Source of the DNA: an uncultured Planctomycetota bacterium | GTDB taxonomy: Bacteria; Planctomycetota; Planctomycetia; Gemmatales; Gemmataceae | NCBI GenBank assembly: GCA_963849325.1 | Contig: CAWKHF010000012.1 | Location: 1,120,001 to 1,184,000 of the forward strand | DNA: 64,000 bases | Reading direction: 5' to 3' | Shown here: positions 1-10,023 of the stretch, in pieces | Numbering within the stretch: position 1 is the stretch's first letter | How the letters are laid out: every line of letters starts with the position of its first letter | Program-made: the position numbers and the translations under genes | Notes under the pieces: model-generated | Database searches by the model: none | Seen by the model: the letters and a program-made list of their open reading frames with translations, nothing else | What the model was told of the DNA's origin: nothing

Positions 1-942
1 GATGGGAAGAAACGACCGTCCGCCCAACGGGCCGGCTTTTGGTTCCGTTGGCGGAGTGCCGCCGGCCGCTTCCAGGCAGGTCGGCAGCAGGTCGATCCAG
101 CTTACCAGCGCGTCCGACGTGGCCGTCGGCTTGACGTGGCCGGGCCAGACCACGATCAGCGGGGTGCGGACCCCCGCGTCATAGCAGTTCCACTTGCCGA
201 ACGGGAACTGGGCCCCGTGATCGCTGGTGAACACGAACAAGGTATCCTTACCGAGGTGTTGACGAACCGCGGCATACACCTGTCCCAGGTCTCGGTCGGC
301 GTTGGCGACGGCGGCCATGTACCGGGCCCAGGCGCGGTGGGTGGCCGGGGTGTCGAGGAGGTTCGGCGGCAGGGTCCGCGCGTCCGGGTCGAGGAGTCCG
401 TCCTTGGGCCAGGGGACGTGGGGCCAGTTGGTTCCCACCAGCAAGCACAGAGGTTTGCCCGACCGCCGCTCGGCCAGCCATTTCACCGCGGCCGTAATGC
501 ACTCATCCTCATGGTAATGGAAGTGGCTGGCATGGTTGAAACCGTAGTCCTTGACCTGGGCATAGTGAGCCACTTTGCCGATGGCGGCCACCTCATAGCC
601 GCGTTCCTGAAAGTAGGCAGGCCACTTTTTGATGTCGGCCCGGGGCCGGCTGTGATTGAGCATGGCCCCGTTGCGGAGAGGCTCTCGTCCCGTAAGCAGG
701 GCGGCGCGGCTCGGCGCACAGGACGGCGAGGCCACGAACGCCTGGCGGAAGGTCATCCCTTCGGCCGCCAGACGGTCCACGTTCGGCGTGCGCCCGCCTT
801 TACCCCCATGCGGCGAGCACTCCCCCCAGCCAAGGTCGTCGGCCAAGAACACGACAATGTTCGGACTCGCCAAGTTCTCCGCTCGGGCCTGGCCGGCCGC
901 GAGCAAGACGATGACGACGCGTAACAGGCTACTCCACTGCAC
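1..942 (-). CDS. Sulfatase (secreted), 3' end runs off the window
   Basis: Not in the ORF track. Manual translation from GTG at 942 (GAGGAGG upstream): signal peptide, PNIVVFLADDLG, TPNVDRLAAEG and the formylglycine motif SCAPSRAALLTG (CxPxR). Confidence 0.9.
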   Translation of the reverse strand, partial: MQWSSLLRVVIVLLAAGQARAENLASPNIVVFLADDLGWGECSPHGGKGGRTPNVDRLAAEGMTFRQAFVASPSCAPSRAALLTGREPLRNGAMLNHSRPRADIKKWPAYFQERGYEVAAIGKVAHYAQVKDYGFNHASHFHYHEDECITAAVKWLAERRSGKPLCLLVGTNWPHVPWPKDGLLDPDARTLPPNLLDTPATHRAWARYMAAVANADRDLGQVYAAVRQHLGKDTLFVFTSDHGAQFPFGKWNCYDAGVRTPLIVVWPGHVKPTATSDALVSWIDLLPTCLEAAGGTPPTEPKAGPLGGRSFLPI

Positions 943-1044
943 AGCGGTTTTCCTCCTCGTCTCTCCCCTCCCGACTTGCCTCCGTTTCGCCGAACGAGTT
1001 GGATCCGTGATACCTGTCGCGGACGCTCCGGGCTTGTCGCCTAC

Positions 1045-1923
1045 TTACTCCTCAATGCGCCGGGCGTAAAACCCTGCTTCGCGCTCCTGCAAGCGCGACG
1101 TACCCGTCAGAATTTGTCCGTCGCCGGTGAACAGCCAGCCCTGGAAGCTCTGCTCCGCGCGCGGGAACTTGACCGTGAACTGAATCGAATACTTCGGCAC
1201 GCCGATCTTGCCGCGCACCTCGTATTTGGAACCATCCTTGTCCGAATAGTACGAGCCGCTGACCGAGCCGTCGTCCTCGACCTTGAGCGTCAGACTGCCG
1301 GAGCGCCGGCCATCGTCGTAGAGTTTGTAAGTGCCGTTGAAGTAACGCGGCTCGAACGTGTCGCCCATCACCAACTTCGCTCCCTTCTTCGGCACCACGT
1401 CCGGCAGCGCCTTGGTGACGAGGTACAGCTTGGCCTTGCCCAGCGGTTCGGTGTGGACCTTGCCTCCCTCGGCGACGAAGCGCAAGTCGCCGCCCAGTTC
1501 CTCGGGCACGATTTGCCCCAGATCGAGGCTGAGACGGAAGCCGGGAAAGAGCGACACGTTCTTGCCGGCGGCCTGCACGGCGCGTTCCTCGCCTTCCTTG
1601 TAGGTTACATAGCGTTCGACGAGCAGCATCGGCACGCTGCGCTCGGCGTCGATCTTTTGCCGCGCCACCTGCACGAGCAGCTTGGCGTAACGCCCCGTGT
1701 TGGTCTGGACCACGAGGAACGCGGCCGAGGTGCGCGGCAGGACGCGATCGTTCTCGACGATCATCGTCGTCGTCAGCTGCTTGACCTCCTTCGTCTCTTT
1801 GGCCTCGACGGCGCGAGCGAGGACCGGATTGACGTAATGATCGAAGACGTCCGCCGACAGGCCCGGCCGCGCCAGCAAGAGAGCGATCGAGAATGCCACG
1901 AGGAATCGAGTGGGAGAGTACAT
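1045..1923 (-). CDS. Hypothetical secreted protein
   Basis: ORF 1045..2133 trimmed to MYSPTRFLVAFSIALLLA (signal-peptide-like). No recognisable motif. Confidence 0.75.
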   Translation of the reverse strand: MYSPTRFLVAFSIALLLARPGLSADVFDHYVNPVLARAVEAKETKEVKQLTTTMIVENDRVLPRTSAAFLVVQTNTGRYAKLLVQVARQKIDAERSVPMLLVERYVTYKEGEERAVQAAGKNVSLFPGFRLSLDLGQIVPEELGGDLRFVAEGGKVHTEPLGKAKLYLVTKALPDVVPKKGAKLVMGDTFEPRYFNGTYKLYDDGRRSGSLTLKVEDDGSVSGSYYSDKDGSKYEVRGKIGVPKYSIQFTVKFPRAEQSFQGWLFTGDGQILTGTSRLQEREAGFYARRIEE

Positions 1924-1979
1924 GGGAACTCCTGAGATCGAGAAGGGTTTCGCCGCTCTCCGGAGCGCGGTGAAACTTA

Positions 1980-3089
1980 CTATTTCGGCGGTGTCGTGTA
2001 GCTCAGCGCCAGCAACGCGAACGCCGTCGCCAAGTTCGGGTCCGCCTCGCCGAACGCCTTGTCCCCCTTGTTGAGGAAACTGCCGTTGTCCTGCTGGCGC
2101 TTCCGGATCGCCTCGAACAGCTCGCGCCGCCAATCGTGCTTCTGGCCCTTGGCGTCCTCAAAGCGGTCCTCGCCCAGCGCCGACATGGCCTTGCCGAAGG
2201 TGTGGTAGTAGTAGTACAGGCCCGCTTGACCCATGCCGGGGTTCTCGTCGAGCGTGTAATGGCGGCGAATCCAGTTGACGGCGCCCTGGACGCGCGGATC
2301 GTCCTTGCCGACGCCGGCGTAAAGGAAACTTTTGAGACCGCCATAGGTCATCGCCCCCAGCGAGCGCAGGCCGCCCTCCGGCGTCTGGTGCCGTTTGTCG
2401 TCGGGGTCGGGAACGTACACCAAGCCGCCTTTGTCGTCCGCCGTCGTCTTCTTGGCGAAGGGCTGGTCGTTGGTCTCGCCGGGTAGGTTCTGGCAGCGGC
2501 TGACGAACTTCAGCGCTCGTCGGAGGGCGGGGTCGTCCTTGGACACGCCGGCCGCGACGAGCGCGTCGATGAAATACTGCGTGTTCGACAGATCGGGACG
2601 GCTCTTGTCGTCGTAACCGACGCCGCCGAACTGGACGTCCTTGTCGTCGCCCACGTGTTGCAGCTTTTTGAGGAAGGCGCCGGCGTTCTTGATGACGGCA
2701 TCGTACTTGCCGTTCTGGTTGGCCTCGTGCAGGGCCATGACGGCGACGCTGGTGGTGTAATTGGCCAGCCCCTTGTCGTAGATGCCGCCGTCCTTCTTGA
2801 CGCTCTTTTCGAGGTAGGCGAGTCCGCGCGCCACCACCGGGTCATCGATGCGGAAGCCGCAGCGCAACATACCGGCGACGACGACGGCGGTCACGCCCGG
2901 CCCGGCGACGCGGGGCGAGAAGCTGCCGTCCGCCCCCTGATGTGATTTCAGGTAATCTGCCGTCTTTTCCAGCACTTCCTTGAGCTGCTGTGAATCGACG
3001 CCGGCGTCGTCCGCCGCGCGGGCGATTCGCACCGGGGAACCGAACACGACGGCCGCCAATACGGCGGCGACGCAGAAACGTCTGGTCAC
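1980..3089 (-). CDS. Prenyltransferase/squalene-oxidase repeat (alpha/alpha-toroid) protein
   Basis: GTG start with AAGGAG RBS, signal peptide, QW-like repeats (LKSHQGADGSF, IRKRQQDNGSF) and DLSNTQY motif. Confidence 0.8.
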   Translation of the reverse strand: MTRRFCVAAVLAAVVFGSPVRIARAADDAGVDSQQLKEVLEKTADYLKSHQGADGSFSPRVAGPGVTAVVVAGMLRCGFRIDDPVVARGLAYLEKSVKKDGGIYDKGLANYTTSVAVMALHEANQNGKYDAVIKNAGAFLKKLQHVGDDKDVQFGGVGYDDKSRPDLSNTQYFIDALVAAGVSKDDPALRRALKFVSRCQNLPGETNDQPFAKKTTADDKGGLVYVPDPDDKRHQTPEGGLRSLGAMTYGGLKSFLYAGVGKDDPRVQGAVNWIRRHYTLDENPGMGQAGLYYYYHTFGKAMSALGEDRFEDAKGQKHDWRRELFEAIRKRQQDNGSFLNKGDKAFGEADPNLATAFALLALSYTTPPK

Positions 3090-3195
3090 GGGTCGCTCCT
3101 TGGGGTTAGAGAGACCATCAGCGGATTGGACGAGTCCCACGCCCCGCGCGTTCCACTGATGTTTCCAAAGCCATTCGCACTCCGCTCCTGGACAA

Positions 3196-4381
3196 TCATC
3201 TAGTTCCACCCAGCGATGGCCGCAACTCGCGCACCCGGCCGCGCTCGAGCGTCACTTCGCCCAGCAGGGGGTGGCGCAAGGTCAGGCGCCTTTCGTCCAG
3301 CGCCGTCACCACGCCGTCCAGCACATCGACATCCGAGCCCAGTCCCGAGTACACCAGCAGACGCACGTTCGCCGCTTGGTTCCCGCGCGGCGGCGCGTCG
3401 GTACGGCGGAACGAACAGCCGGCCAACTCGGTCCACGGCAGCGAGCGCTTGCCGAATCGTCCCTCGATCCGGAGGGTGCGGCGATCCGCCCCGACAATCC
3501 GGCCGAACAGCTGATCGCCGTCCGCCAATTGGACCTCATCCTGTTCGGCATCGGCGGGTGGCTTCGGATATTCCTTCATGGCGCGTTCCAGACAGAACTC
3601 CGTCCAGGCGATGGCCTCTCCGGAGGATTTCTGACAACGAATTGTCACTTGCTTCAGCGACCCACCCGGCCCCTGTTCGAGGTTGTACCACAACACGTCG
3701 TCATCGCAAGTGATGCGCAGCGATCGCTTCGTGAAGTACACGAGGAGCCGATGCCAGCCCGGCGTTCGCGCCACCGTTCGCGCCACTCCTTTCAGACCAC
3801 CGCTATCCATTGCGTAATTCGCGCCGGTTTCGGCGACCGTCACCGTCACGCGCCGCGAGCGATCGGCCTGCTGAAACAACAGCTCCACGGTCCCGCGCCG
3901 CTGGAAGTTGACACCGAGCCGGCCCGCTGTCAGCGGCTTCGCCAGAGTGTAAGGCAAACCCTTCCCTCCGTCGTGGAAGTCCTCCTCCGTCACCGTCCGC
4001 CAGCCCGGCAGCGGATCGATCGACGCCACGGCGGCGCGCGGCAGCTCGACCCGCGCCGCCCAGGCCGCGCGCAGCGTCAGTGTGTTCTTGTCCAGACCGA
4101 GAAACGGCCCAGTGATCAGTTCACCGTCGCGCAAATGCACGCGCCGGCCGCCGCCGGCGCGAAACGGCGACGGTGGCGCCGCCGAAGCGAACACGAGAAA
4201 GGTCGGCAATCGGGATGTCCTCGCCCTCGGTCGAGTGGAAGCGGAGACGGCCCTTGTCCAAGGTGAGTTCGCCGAGCACATGCCGCCCATCCGTGCGCCA
4301 CGCTTGCTCCGCGGCCGACAGCGGCGAGACCAGACACGCCATCGCCACCGCTCCAGCCAACCTCCAGGCCACGTCGCGCAT
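3196..4381 (-). CDS. Hypothetical secreted protein (one frameshift near 4150)
   Basis: N-terminus MRDVAWRLAGAVAMACLVSPLSAAEQ joins the ORF 3196..4416 frame at RVHLRDGELITG. Confidence 0.65.
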
Positions 4382-4481
4382 GCCGTCTCCCAGGCTTCCT
4401 GAATCTTGTGGCGCATCGCCGCCCCCTCTATAATCTACGCGATCCCTCGGACCCCGTACATCGGACGGAGGTAGCCCCCTC

Positions 4482-6166
4482 GTGTCGGATCGACCGCGCT
4501 TTCTCGTCCTGGGCGACTCCGGCCCGGCCGGCGCCGACTGGCTGCGACGCTGCGGCCTGGAAGGAGACGTCGTCCACGCCGACTCCTGGGACAACGGCCT
4601 GGACCAACTCGGCCGCCAGCGCCTCGACGCCCTCGTCGCCAACCCGGCCGACGCCTCGGTGCTGCACGATCTGCGCACTCTGGTGCAGGGGCAGCAGATC
4701 CTCGCCACCCTGCCCGACGGTGCGGCCGTCGTCGATGCCGACCTGCGCGTACACTGGGCCAATCCGACCTTCGTGTCGTGGTGCGGCGGTCCGGTCGTCG
4801 GCCGCGGCTTTTACGAAGCCCTCGGCTCGCCCGCCGCCCTTGGTCCCGAGTTCTGCCCGTTTCGCACCGCCCTGGCAAGCTCGACCGCGGCGCCGCCGAC
4901 CGTCACGACACGGCTGCTCTGTCGCGGCGATCGCGCCATCGATCTACACATTCGGCCGCTCGGCGAGCCGGACGGCCCTCTGCTTTTGGCCCTGGGCCGC
5001 GACGTCACGGCTCTAGTACGACAGCAGCAGAAGCTCGACGCGCTGCATAAGGCCGGCCGCGAGTTGGCGGCGCTGTCGGCCGATCAGCTCGCCGACATGA
5101 GCGTGGCCGAGCGCATCGAGTTGCTCAAGCTCAACATCCGCCGCTTCACCCGCGACCTGCTCCACTACGAGACCATCGAGATTCGCCTGCTCGACCCGCG
5201 GACGGGCCGGCTCGAACCGTTGATGCAGGAGGGCATGGCGCCATTGGCCGCCAACCGCGTTCTGATGGCCAGCGCCCGAGACAACGGCGTCACCGGCTAC
5301 GTCGCCGCCACCGGCAAGAGTCGCCTGTGCCCCGACATCAGCGCCGATCCGCTCTACCTGCCCGGCGCCCCGGCGCCCACAGTTCGCTGACCGTGCCGTT
5401 GATCTTCCAGGACAAGGTCATTGGCACCTTCAACGTCGAGAGTCCGCGGCCGGACGCCTTCGGCGAGGCTGACCTGCAATTCGCCGAACTGTTTAGCCAC
5501 GAGATTGCCGCCGCCCTGCACACGCTGGAGCTACTGCAGGCCGAGAAAAGCAGCACGGCCAGCCAGTCCGTCGAGGCCATCAACCGCGAGGTCGCCCTGC
5601 CGGTAGACGACATTCTCGCCTCGGCAACGTCGATCCTCGAACGCTACATCGGCCACGATCCGGAGATGGCCGACAAGATCCGCAAGATCATCGTCGGCGC
5701 CCGCGCCATCAAGCAGTGCATCCAGAAGGTTGGCGAGGACATCGCTCCGGCCCGGCCGACCGGCACCGTCAAAGAGGCGGCGCCGCCCGCGCTGAAGGGC
5801 GTGCGTGTCCTGGTCGCCGACAACGACGACCGCGTCCGTCGTTCGGCGCACGGCCTGCTCGGCCGTTGGGGCTGCGTCGTCGAGACGGCCCGCGACGGTC
5901 AGGAAGCGCTGACGATGGCCCGTCTGGGCAGTTACGACGCCATCCTCGCCGACATCCGACTGCCGGACATCTCCGGTTACGAGGTCTATCGCCGCCTCCG
6001 CGAGGCCCAGCCACAGGCCCGCGTCATCCTCATGACCGGCTACGGCTACGACCCGACGCACGCTCTCGTTCAGGCTCGCCAGGACGGCCTGCGCCACGTT
6101 CTGTTCAAACCCTTCCGCGTCGATCAACTCCGCGACGCCCTTGCGGATGACAAGGTGACAAGGTGA
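4482..6166 (+). CDS. PAS-GAF-receiver signalling protein (frameshift near 5370)
   Basis: PAS-like VVDADLRVHWANPTF, GAF (GVTGYVAATG...SSLTVPLIFQDKVIGTFNVES) and C-terminal REC (VLVADND, ADIRLPD, LFKPF). ORFs 4482..5390 and 5327..6166 join by a 1-nt indel in a C run. Confidence 0.85.
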
Positions 6167-6291
6167 CAAGGTGACAGAGAAGTTCGGCATGAGTTTTTAC
6201 TTCTTCGCTTCGTTCCCTTTCGCTCATTTGCTTCAAACCTCGCCCCCGTTCCATCACCTTGTCACCTTGTCACCTTGTCACCTTGTCATCC
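6145..6291. repeat. Inverted tandem octamer element (TGACAAGG)x3.5 ... (CCTTGTCA)x4
   Basis: Read directly at 6148-6177 and 6257-6288. Confidence 0.9.
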
Positions 6292-7424
6292 TCGGAGCGG
6301 GCGCTTGCCTAGGACATCTCGCTTTGATGATCGCCAGTCATAATTGGTGGTACGGCCAGGCCATGCCGCGCAAGGCCGGAGACGTCATCCACCTGGTTCA
6401 TGGCCTTCTCGTCGTCGCCTTCCCGCCGGCCCTGGTCTGGGCGTTCGGTTGGGACCTGGACGGCCTACCGTGGTTCTCATCCGAATTTACCTGGTCGCAA
6501 CTCGCCACGCTGTACGTCGTGCTGTGCGCCACCGTCGGCTTCCTCGCCCTGCCGCTGAACACAATCCGGCGTCTGCTGCGCCGCGATCCGAGCGTGGAGA
6601 AGCGGAGCCGGGTGCTCGACGTCGCCAAGCACCTCGGCTATCGCCCGGTGGGCACGAGCAAGGAACGGCTGTTGTCGTACCTGCCGGGCAACGAGGTGTT
6701 CCAGGTCGAACTGGTCGAGCGCACCGTCCGCCTGCCGCGATTGCCGGCGGCCTGGGATGGGCTGACGCTGCTGCATCTGAGCGACCTGCACTTGAAGGGC
6801 ACGCCGGATCGCAACTATTTCCGCTTCGTCATGGACCGCTGCGCCGACTGGCAGCCGGACCTCGTCGCCGTCACCGGCGACATCGCCGACAGCATGCACC
6901 ATCTGCGCTGGATCGTGCCGATCCTCGGCCGGCTGCGCTGGCGCATCGCTGCCTTCGCCATCCTCGGCAACCACGACCACTGGTATGATCCGCCATTCAT
7001 CCGCCGCCGCCTGCGCCGTTTGCGGATGAACGTCCTCGCCAACACCTGGCAACAGATCGAAGTACGCGGCGAACCGCTCGTGGTCGTCGGCCACGAAGGT
7101 CCGTGGCTGAGACCCGCACCCGACTTGAGTTCCTGTCCGCGCGAACCATTTCGTTTGTGTCTGAGTCACACGCCGGACAACCTCCGCTGGGCGCGTCGCG
7201 CCGGGATCGACCTGATGCTGTCCGGCCACGTCCACGGCGGGCAGATTCGTTTCCCCCTGTTCGGTTCGGTGCTGGTGCCCAGCCGATACGGCCGGCGTTA
7301 CGACTGCGGCGTCTTCGATGAATCGCCGACGCTGTTGCACGTCAGCCGCGGTCTATCGGGCGACCATCCGCTGCGTTATTTGTGTCGGCCGGAAGTCACG
7401 CGGTTGACGCTGCGCCGAGCATGA
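6189..7424 (+). CDS. Membrane-anchored metallophosphoesterase (YkuE/YaeI-like)
   Basis: N-terminal TM helices, then DLH, TGD, LGNHD, LSHTPD and SGHVHGGQ motifs. Start uncertain. Confidence 0.88.
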   Translation: MSFYFFASFPFAHLLQTSPPFHHLVTLSPCHLVILGAGACLGHLALMIASHNWWYGQAMPRKAGDVIHLVHGLLVVAFPPALVWAFGWDLDGLPWFSSEFTWSQLATLYVVLCATVGFLALPLNTIRRLLRRDPSVEKRSRVLDVAKHLGYRPVGTSKERLLSYLPGNEVFQVELVERTVRLPRLPAAWDGLTLLHLSDLHLKGTPDRNYFRFVMDRCADWQPDLVAVTGDIADSMHHLRWIVPILGRLRWRIAAFAILGNHDHWYDPPFIRRRLRRLRMNVLANTWQQIEVRGEPLVVVGHEGPWLRPAPDLSSCPREPFRLCLSHTPDNLRWARRAGIDLMLSGHVHGGQIRFPLFGSVLVPSRYGRRYDCGVFDESPTLLHVSRGLSGDHPLRYLCRPEVTRLTLRRA

Positions 7425-7440
7425 CTCGGGAGATAGAGCG

Positions 7441-7986
7441 ATGCCTGCCCCGGAAGGGCTTTCCAGGCCCACCGCCGACGACTTGATTCGTTTCCTGCAT
7501 CTTCAACCACTGCCGCGTGAGGGCGGCTGGTATCGAGAGACGTATCGCTCGTCGCGACGATTGCCGGCCGCGGCGCTGACCCCATCCTATCGTGCCGCCC
7601 GCTCCGCCAGCACGGCCATCTACTACCTGCTGACACCGGATACGTTCTCGGCCCTGCATCGATTACCTACCGAGGAAGTATTTCATTTCTACCTCGGCGA
7701 TCCTGTCGAGATGTTGCAGCTGGGTCCGAACCCCGAAGACGGCGGACGCATCGTGATACTCGGCTCCGATCTCTTCGCGGGCCAGCAGGTGCAAATGATG
7801 GTGCCGGCCGGCGTCTGGCAGGGTAGCCTATTACAAGCGGGCGGCGCCTTCGCCCTGCTGGGCACCACCCTGGCACCCGGCTTCGACTTCGCCGATTACG
7901 AAGCGGCGGATCGGGCGGCGCTGATCGCGGCGTTCCCCGCCTTTGCGGAACGCATTGCTCGCTTGTGTCCCGAGACGAATTCGTGA
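7441..7986 (+). CDS. Cupin_5 (DUF985) family protein
   Basis: LQPLPREGGWYRETYRS, STAIYYLL, EEVFHFYLGDP and PGFDFADYE motifs. Confidence 0.9.
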   Translation: MPAPEGLSRPTADDLIRFLHLQPLPREGGWYRETYRSSRRLPAAALTPSYRAARSASTAIYYLLTPDTFSALHRLPTEEVFHFYLGDPVEMLQLGPNPEDGGRIVILGSDLFAGQQVQMMVPAGVWQGSLLQAGGAFALLGTTLAPGFDFADYEAADRAALIAAFPAFAERIARLCPETNS

Positions 7987-8011
7987 GGTTCGACTGAAGG
8001 GAGAACGCATC

Positions 8012-8338
8012 GTGAACATCCCGACCGTTTCCACCGCCCCGCATCCCCTTGTCCCGTCCGAGGTCATCACGTTCGCGCGGGAGCAGGGCGTCGAGCAATA
8101 CCTAGCGGGACTGATCGCACTGGCTAAACAGGTCTATCCGAGCGCAACGCGCTTCGAGGTCTTCACCGAAGACGACCCCGAGATCGCCAACGACCGACAT
8201 ATTGTCTTTGAGTTGGACGTGCCGCTTGACGTGGAGCAGGCCCTGGAAGCAGATCGACGCTGGGAGGAAGGGTTGTTCCGCATTTGCCCTGCTCCCTTGG
8301 TATGCGTCTTCCGCAAGAGCGCCGATTTGAGGCCTTGA
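8012..8338 (+). CDS. Small acidic protein, putative antitoxin partner of the HEPN gene
   Basis: 108 aa, GGAG RBS, abuts the HEPN gene (TGA then ATG). Confidence 0.6.
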   Translation: MNIPTVSTAPHPLVPSEVITFAREQGVEQYLAGLIALAKQVYPSATRFEVFTEDDPEIANDRHIVFELDVPLDVEQALEADRRWEEGLFRICPAPLVCVFRKSADLRP

Positions 8339-8776
8339 ATGAACTTCCGCGATTTCTTGTCTCTGGCAGATACCTTGGCGAAGGGAGCTACGGAGGCGGA
8401 ATGGCGGTCGGCCTGTAGCCGCGGCTATTACGCTGCCTTCCATGTCGCCCGCCGACTGCTGTTGGACCTCGGCTTCCAAGTTCCCCAGGCCGACAGGGCG
8501 CACAGCCACCTTTGGTTACGGCTGTCGAACGCCGGCGCCCTGGAGGTACAGAAAGCGGGTAGGCGATTGAATGACTTACGCCGCGAGCGCAACCGGGCCG
8601 ATTACGAGGATCGTCACCCGATAACGGCAACGATGGCAGCCCAGAATGTGCGCTTCGTCGAAGACATCATCCAGGCGCTCGACGCAGCGGCCGTCGAGCC
8701 GACCCGCACGCAGATCACCGATGCCATGAAGGTCTACGAACGCGATGTCCTCCACGACGTGACCTGGCACCCCTGA
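8339..8776 (+). CDS. HEPN domain protein (UPF0332-like)
   Basis: RSACSRGYYAAFH and LRRERNRADY motifs. Confidence 0.85.
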   Translation: MNFRDFLSLADTLAKGATEAEWRSACSRGYYAAFHVARRLLLDLGFQVPQADRAHSHLWLRLSNAGALEVQKAGRRLNDLRRERNRADYEDRHPITATMAAQNVRFVEDIIQALDAAAVEPTRTQITDAMKVYERDVLHDVTWHP

Positions 8777-10023
8777 ACGCCGCCATCCATCGCACTTCTC
8801 CGGGGCACGCGCCGCGGTTTGGCGACGCCTGGGAAAGAGGTGGATCAAATCGTCCTGGTGCCGGTAATAGAAAGGGTAGACAACGACGCTGTCCGAAACC
8901 GAGGACGCCAAATGCCGACCAATCCAATGAGCGAAGTCGTCCAGCACCTTCGCCGAACGGTGCTGGTGCGGGATGGGGCCGGGATGACCGATGGGCAACT
9001 CTTGGAGTGCTTCCTCCGTGGTCGGGAGGAGGCGGCCCTTGCCGTCCTGGTGCGGCGGCACGGCCCGATGGTCTGGGGCGTCTGCCGCCGTCTTCTCGGC
9101 AACTACCACGACGCCGAGGACGCCTTTCAGGCCACTTTCCTCGTCCTCGTCCGCAAGGCGTCTTCCATCGCGCCCCGCGAGAGGGTCGTGAACTGGCTCT
9201 ACGGAGTGGCCCATCAGACGGCGTTGAAGGCGCGAGCGACCGCCATGAAGCAAAGGGCGCGGGAAAGGCAGGTGAAGGAAATGCCCGAACCCGAAGCGGT
9301 GCGGCGCGGCTTGCCGTCGGACTTGCGGCCCTGGCTCGATGAGGAGTTGATTCGTCTGCCGGACCCTTATCGCGTTGTCCTTCTTCTGTGCGATCTGGAG
9401 GGCAAGACGCGCAAAGAGGCGGCCCGGCATCTCGGTGTACCCGAAGGGACCGTGGCGAGTCGGCTGGCGAGAGCGAGAACGATGCTGGCGAAGCGGCTCA
9501 CTCGGCATAGTCCGGCGGTAACGGGCGGAGCGTTGACGGGGATTTTGGCGGAGAGCGCGGCGTCGGCGTGCGTGCCGGCGTCGGTGGTGTCTGGCACGAT
9601 CCAAGCCGCGAGTCTCGTTGCGGCGGGACAAGGGGGGACCGGCGTGATTTCGGTTCCGGTCGCCGCCCTGATGGAAGGAGTGCTGAAAGCCATGTTGATG
9701 ACCAAAATCAAAATCGCCACGATCCTACTCCTCGCGGTCGGAGTCTTGGCCGCCGGCATGGGTGCAAGTATCTTTTCCCGCCGGACACAGGCCGCGGAAC
9801 CGACAGCTCAGCAGGAAGCTAAGCCGAGGGAAGAGAGGCCGTCTCCTCCCGTCGCCAACAAGGAACGTGCCGACAGCGACCAGGGGAAAATACAAGGGAC
9901 GTGGCATCTGGAAAAGGCCGAAATCAATGGCGTGGAACTTCCCTTATTCTTTCGCCCCAAAGAGGGGTTAATCGCCGTCTTCGCCGGCAACAAAGGGACT
10001 GCAAACTTTATGGACATGGAGGA

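Noticed and set aside
136-1935. Long plus-strand ORFs (136..924, 976..1935) and similar antisense ORFs throughout the window
   Set aside because: Shadow ORFs opposite well-supported genes in high-GC DNA, with no motifs.
1980-3089. Squalene-hopene cyclase / terpene biosynthetic cluster
   Set aside because: Single-domain, secreted, lacks the DxDD motif, and has no isoprenoid genes nearby. The same applies to 35501-36868.
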